Position numbers and translations under genes: made by a program. The notes under the pieces are model-generated. The model saw only the letters and a program-made list of their open reading frames with translations. It was not told where the DNA came from and searched no databases. 64,000 nucleotides of DNA from Lama glama (lineage: Eukaryota), in the NCBI GenBank assembly GCA_028534125.1, contig CM052832.1, forward strand, positions 19,532,001 through 19,596,000, read 5' to 3'. Positions 62,954 to 64,000 of the stretch are shown here, in pieces (position 1 is the stretch's first letter; each line of letters opens with the position of its first letter).

Positions 62954-64000
62954 TCACTTTGAACATGGAATCAGTTAGAACACTGAAAATTTTTAGAACT
63001 AAGTTTTATGTTGGTAGTTGGTTTGCACTTACCGTTGCATTCACAGATTTTTTGTATATAGGATAGGATGGAACATAATTTGAGGTAGAGGAGATATTTT
63101 CTCCCAATATAGGATATGTTAAAAACTCCTTGTCCTCTGGGATGGAAAGTAAGTTAATTTATATACTGTGTATATTTGCAAATAAGACAAGAAGATCGAT
63201 TACTTCTTTAGGGACTTGAAATTGGCTTCAGTATCATTTTCACTTTGAGAAAGTTGGACAGGGAGCTTGTCTTTATGAATAGGGCATTTTTGATACTACC
63301 GTCTGTACTGTGTTGAATGCGCTGGAATACCCCTGGGGTTTGCATCTTTTATCCTTTTAAATTAGTAACATCTAAATGGAATCCTATAAGTCAGTGGTTT
63401 CCTATTCATAGAAAGTATCAAGGCAGAGACATGAAGCTTGTTGTTGGAGATATCTAAAGTCGGATTCATGTCCCAGTAGAATGCTCAATTTGATGACTTT
63501 TAAAATCCATTCTTACACTGATATTTCATGATCCTATCCCTGAAGATGGACAAAACATATGTTCCCCGAAGTAGGTCAGGAATTTTAGTGGGAGAAAATG
63601 ACCCCTGTACTTTGTTTTCCCAGTTATCTGGGAAAATGCTTCACCTCTTTCTGTAGGGCTCCTCTGTTTTCTGGGGAGAAAAATACAGAAATATTCATTT
63701 CCAAGCCTTTTGAATTTTCCCTCTTACCTTCAACAAGTATAATAAATGACTCTGTGTCCATGAAAATTCTTGACCAAATGTTACAAGGATCATAAAGTTC
63801 CTCAGGTTTCTCTGCGTTCTTTTGTTGTTGTTTTTTCACTCAAGAAGAATCAGCCTGAATCACGTTTCCTGTTAAAAGGGTTACTGGAGCCTCAAAACCA
63901 TCCCAATCAGGATCTCCATGGCTAGATAACAAAGATGCCAATTAGTGCTGGTTGTAGAGTGGAAGAGCAGGGCCCACCAGTCATTTTCCCATATGGCACA

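Noticed and set aside
1..64000. CRISPR array, operon or other prokaryote-type novel system
   Set aside because: The sequence is mammalian, with no regularly spaced repeat-spacer structure or gene cluster.

Overview
Mammalian non-coding DNA, most likely camelid (alpaca/vicuna/camel), judged from two tRNA-derived SINEs of the camelid vic-1 type and young L1 3' ends. I find no supportable protein-coding exon: the listed ORFs are short, low-complexity, repeat-derived or span N gaps. Much of the window is interspersed repeat: L1 (about 11 pieces on - versus 2 on +), L2, MIR, solo LTRs (MER21, LTR16, MLT1, ERV1-like and unassigned) and DNA-transposon MITEs (MER2B, MER20, MER45A, MER47/Tigger5, MER53, MER58A). 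There are also microsatellites and two N gaps. The L1 strand bias suggests a long intron of a + strand transcription unit. The most notable structure is a ~290-bp polyadenylated orphan insertion with a perfect 13-bp target-site duplication (TSD) that duplicates the TATA box of a solo LTR. Other oddities are a twin-primed L1, an L1 with an internal deletion plus micro-inversion, a SINE whose TSD copies decayed by mirror-image CpG deamination, a candidate recursive splice site, and several repeat-free motif clusters (CTCF, CRE/AP-1/octamer, HOX/TALE). I see no evidence for a new multi-gene system. Repeat names come from recalled consensus sequences, not a search, and old-element boundaries are approximate.
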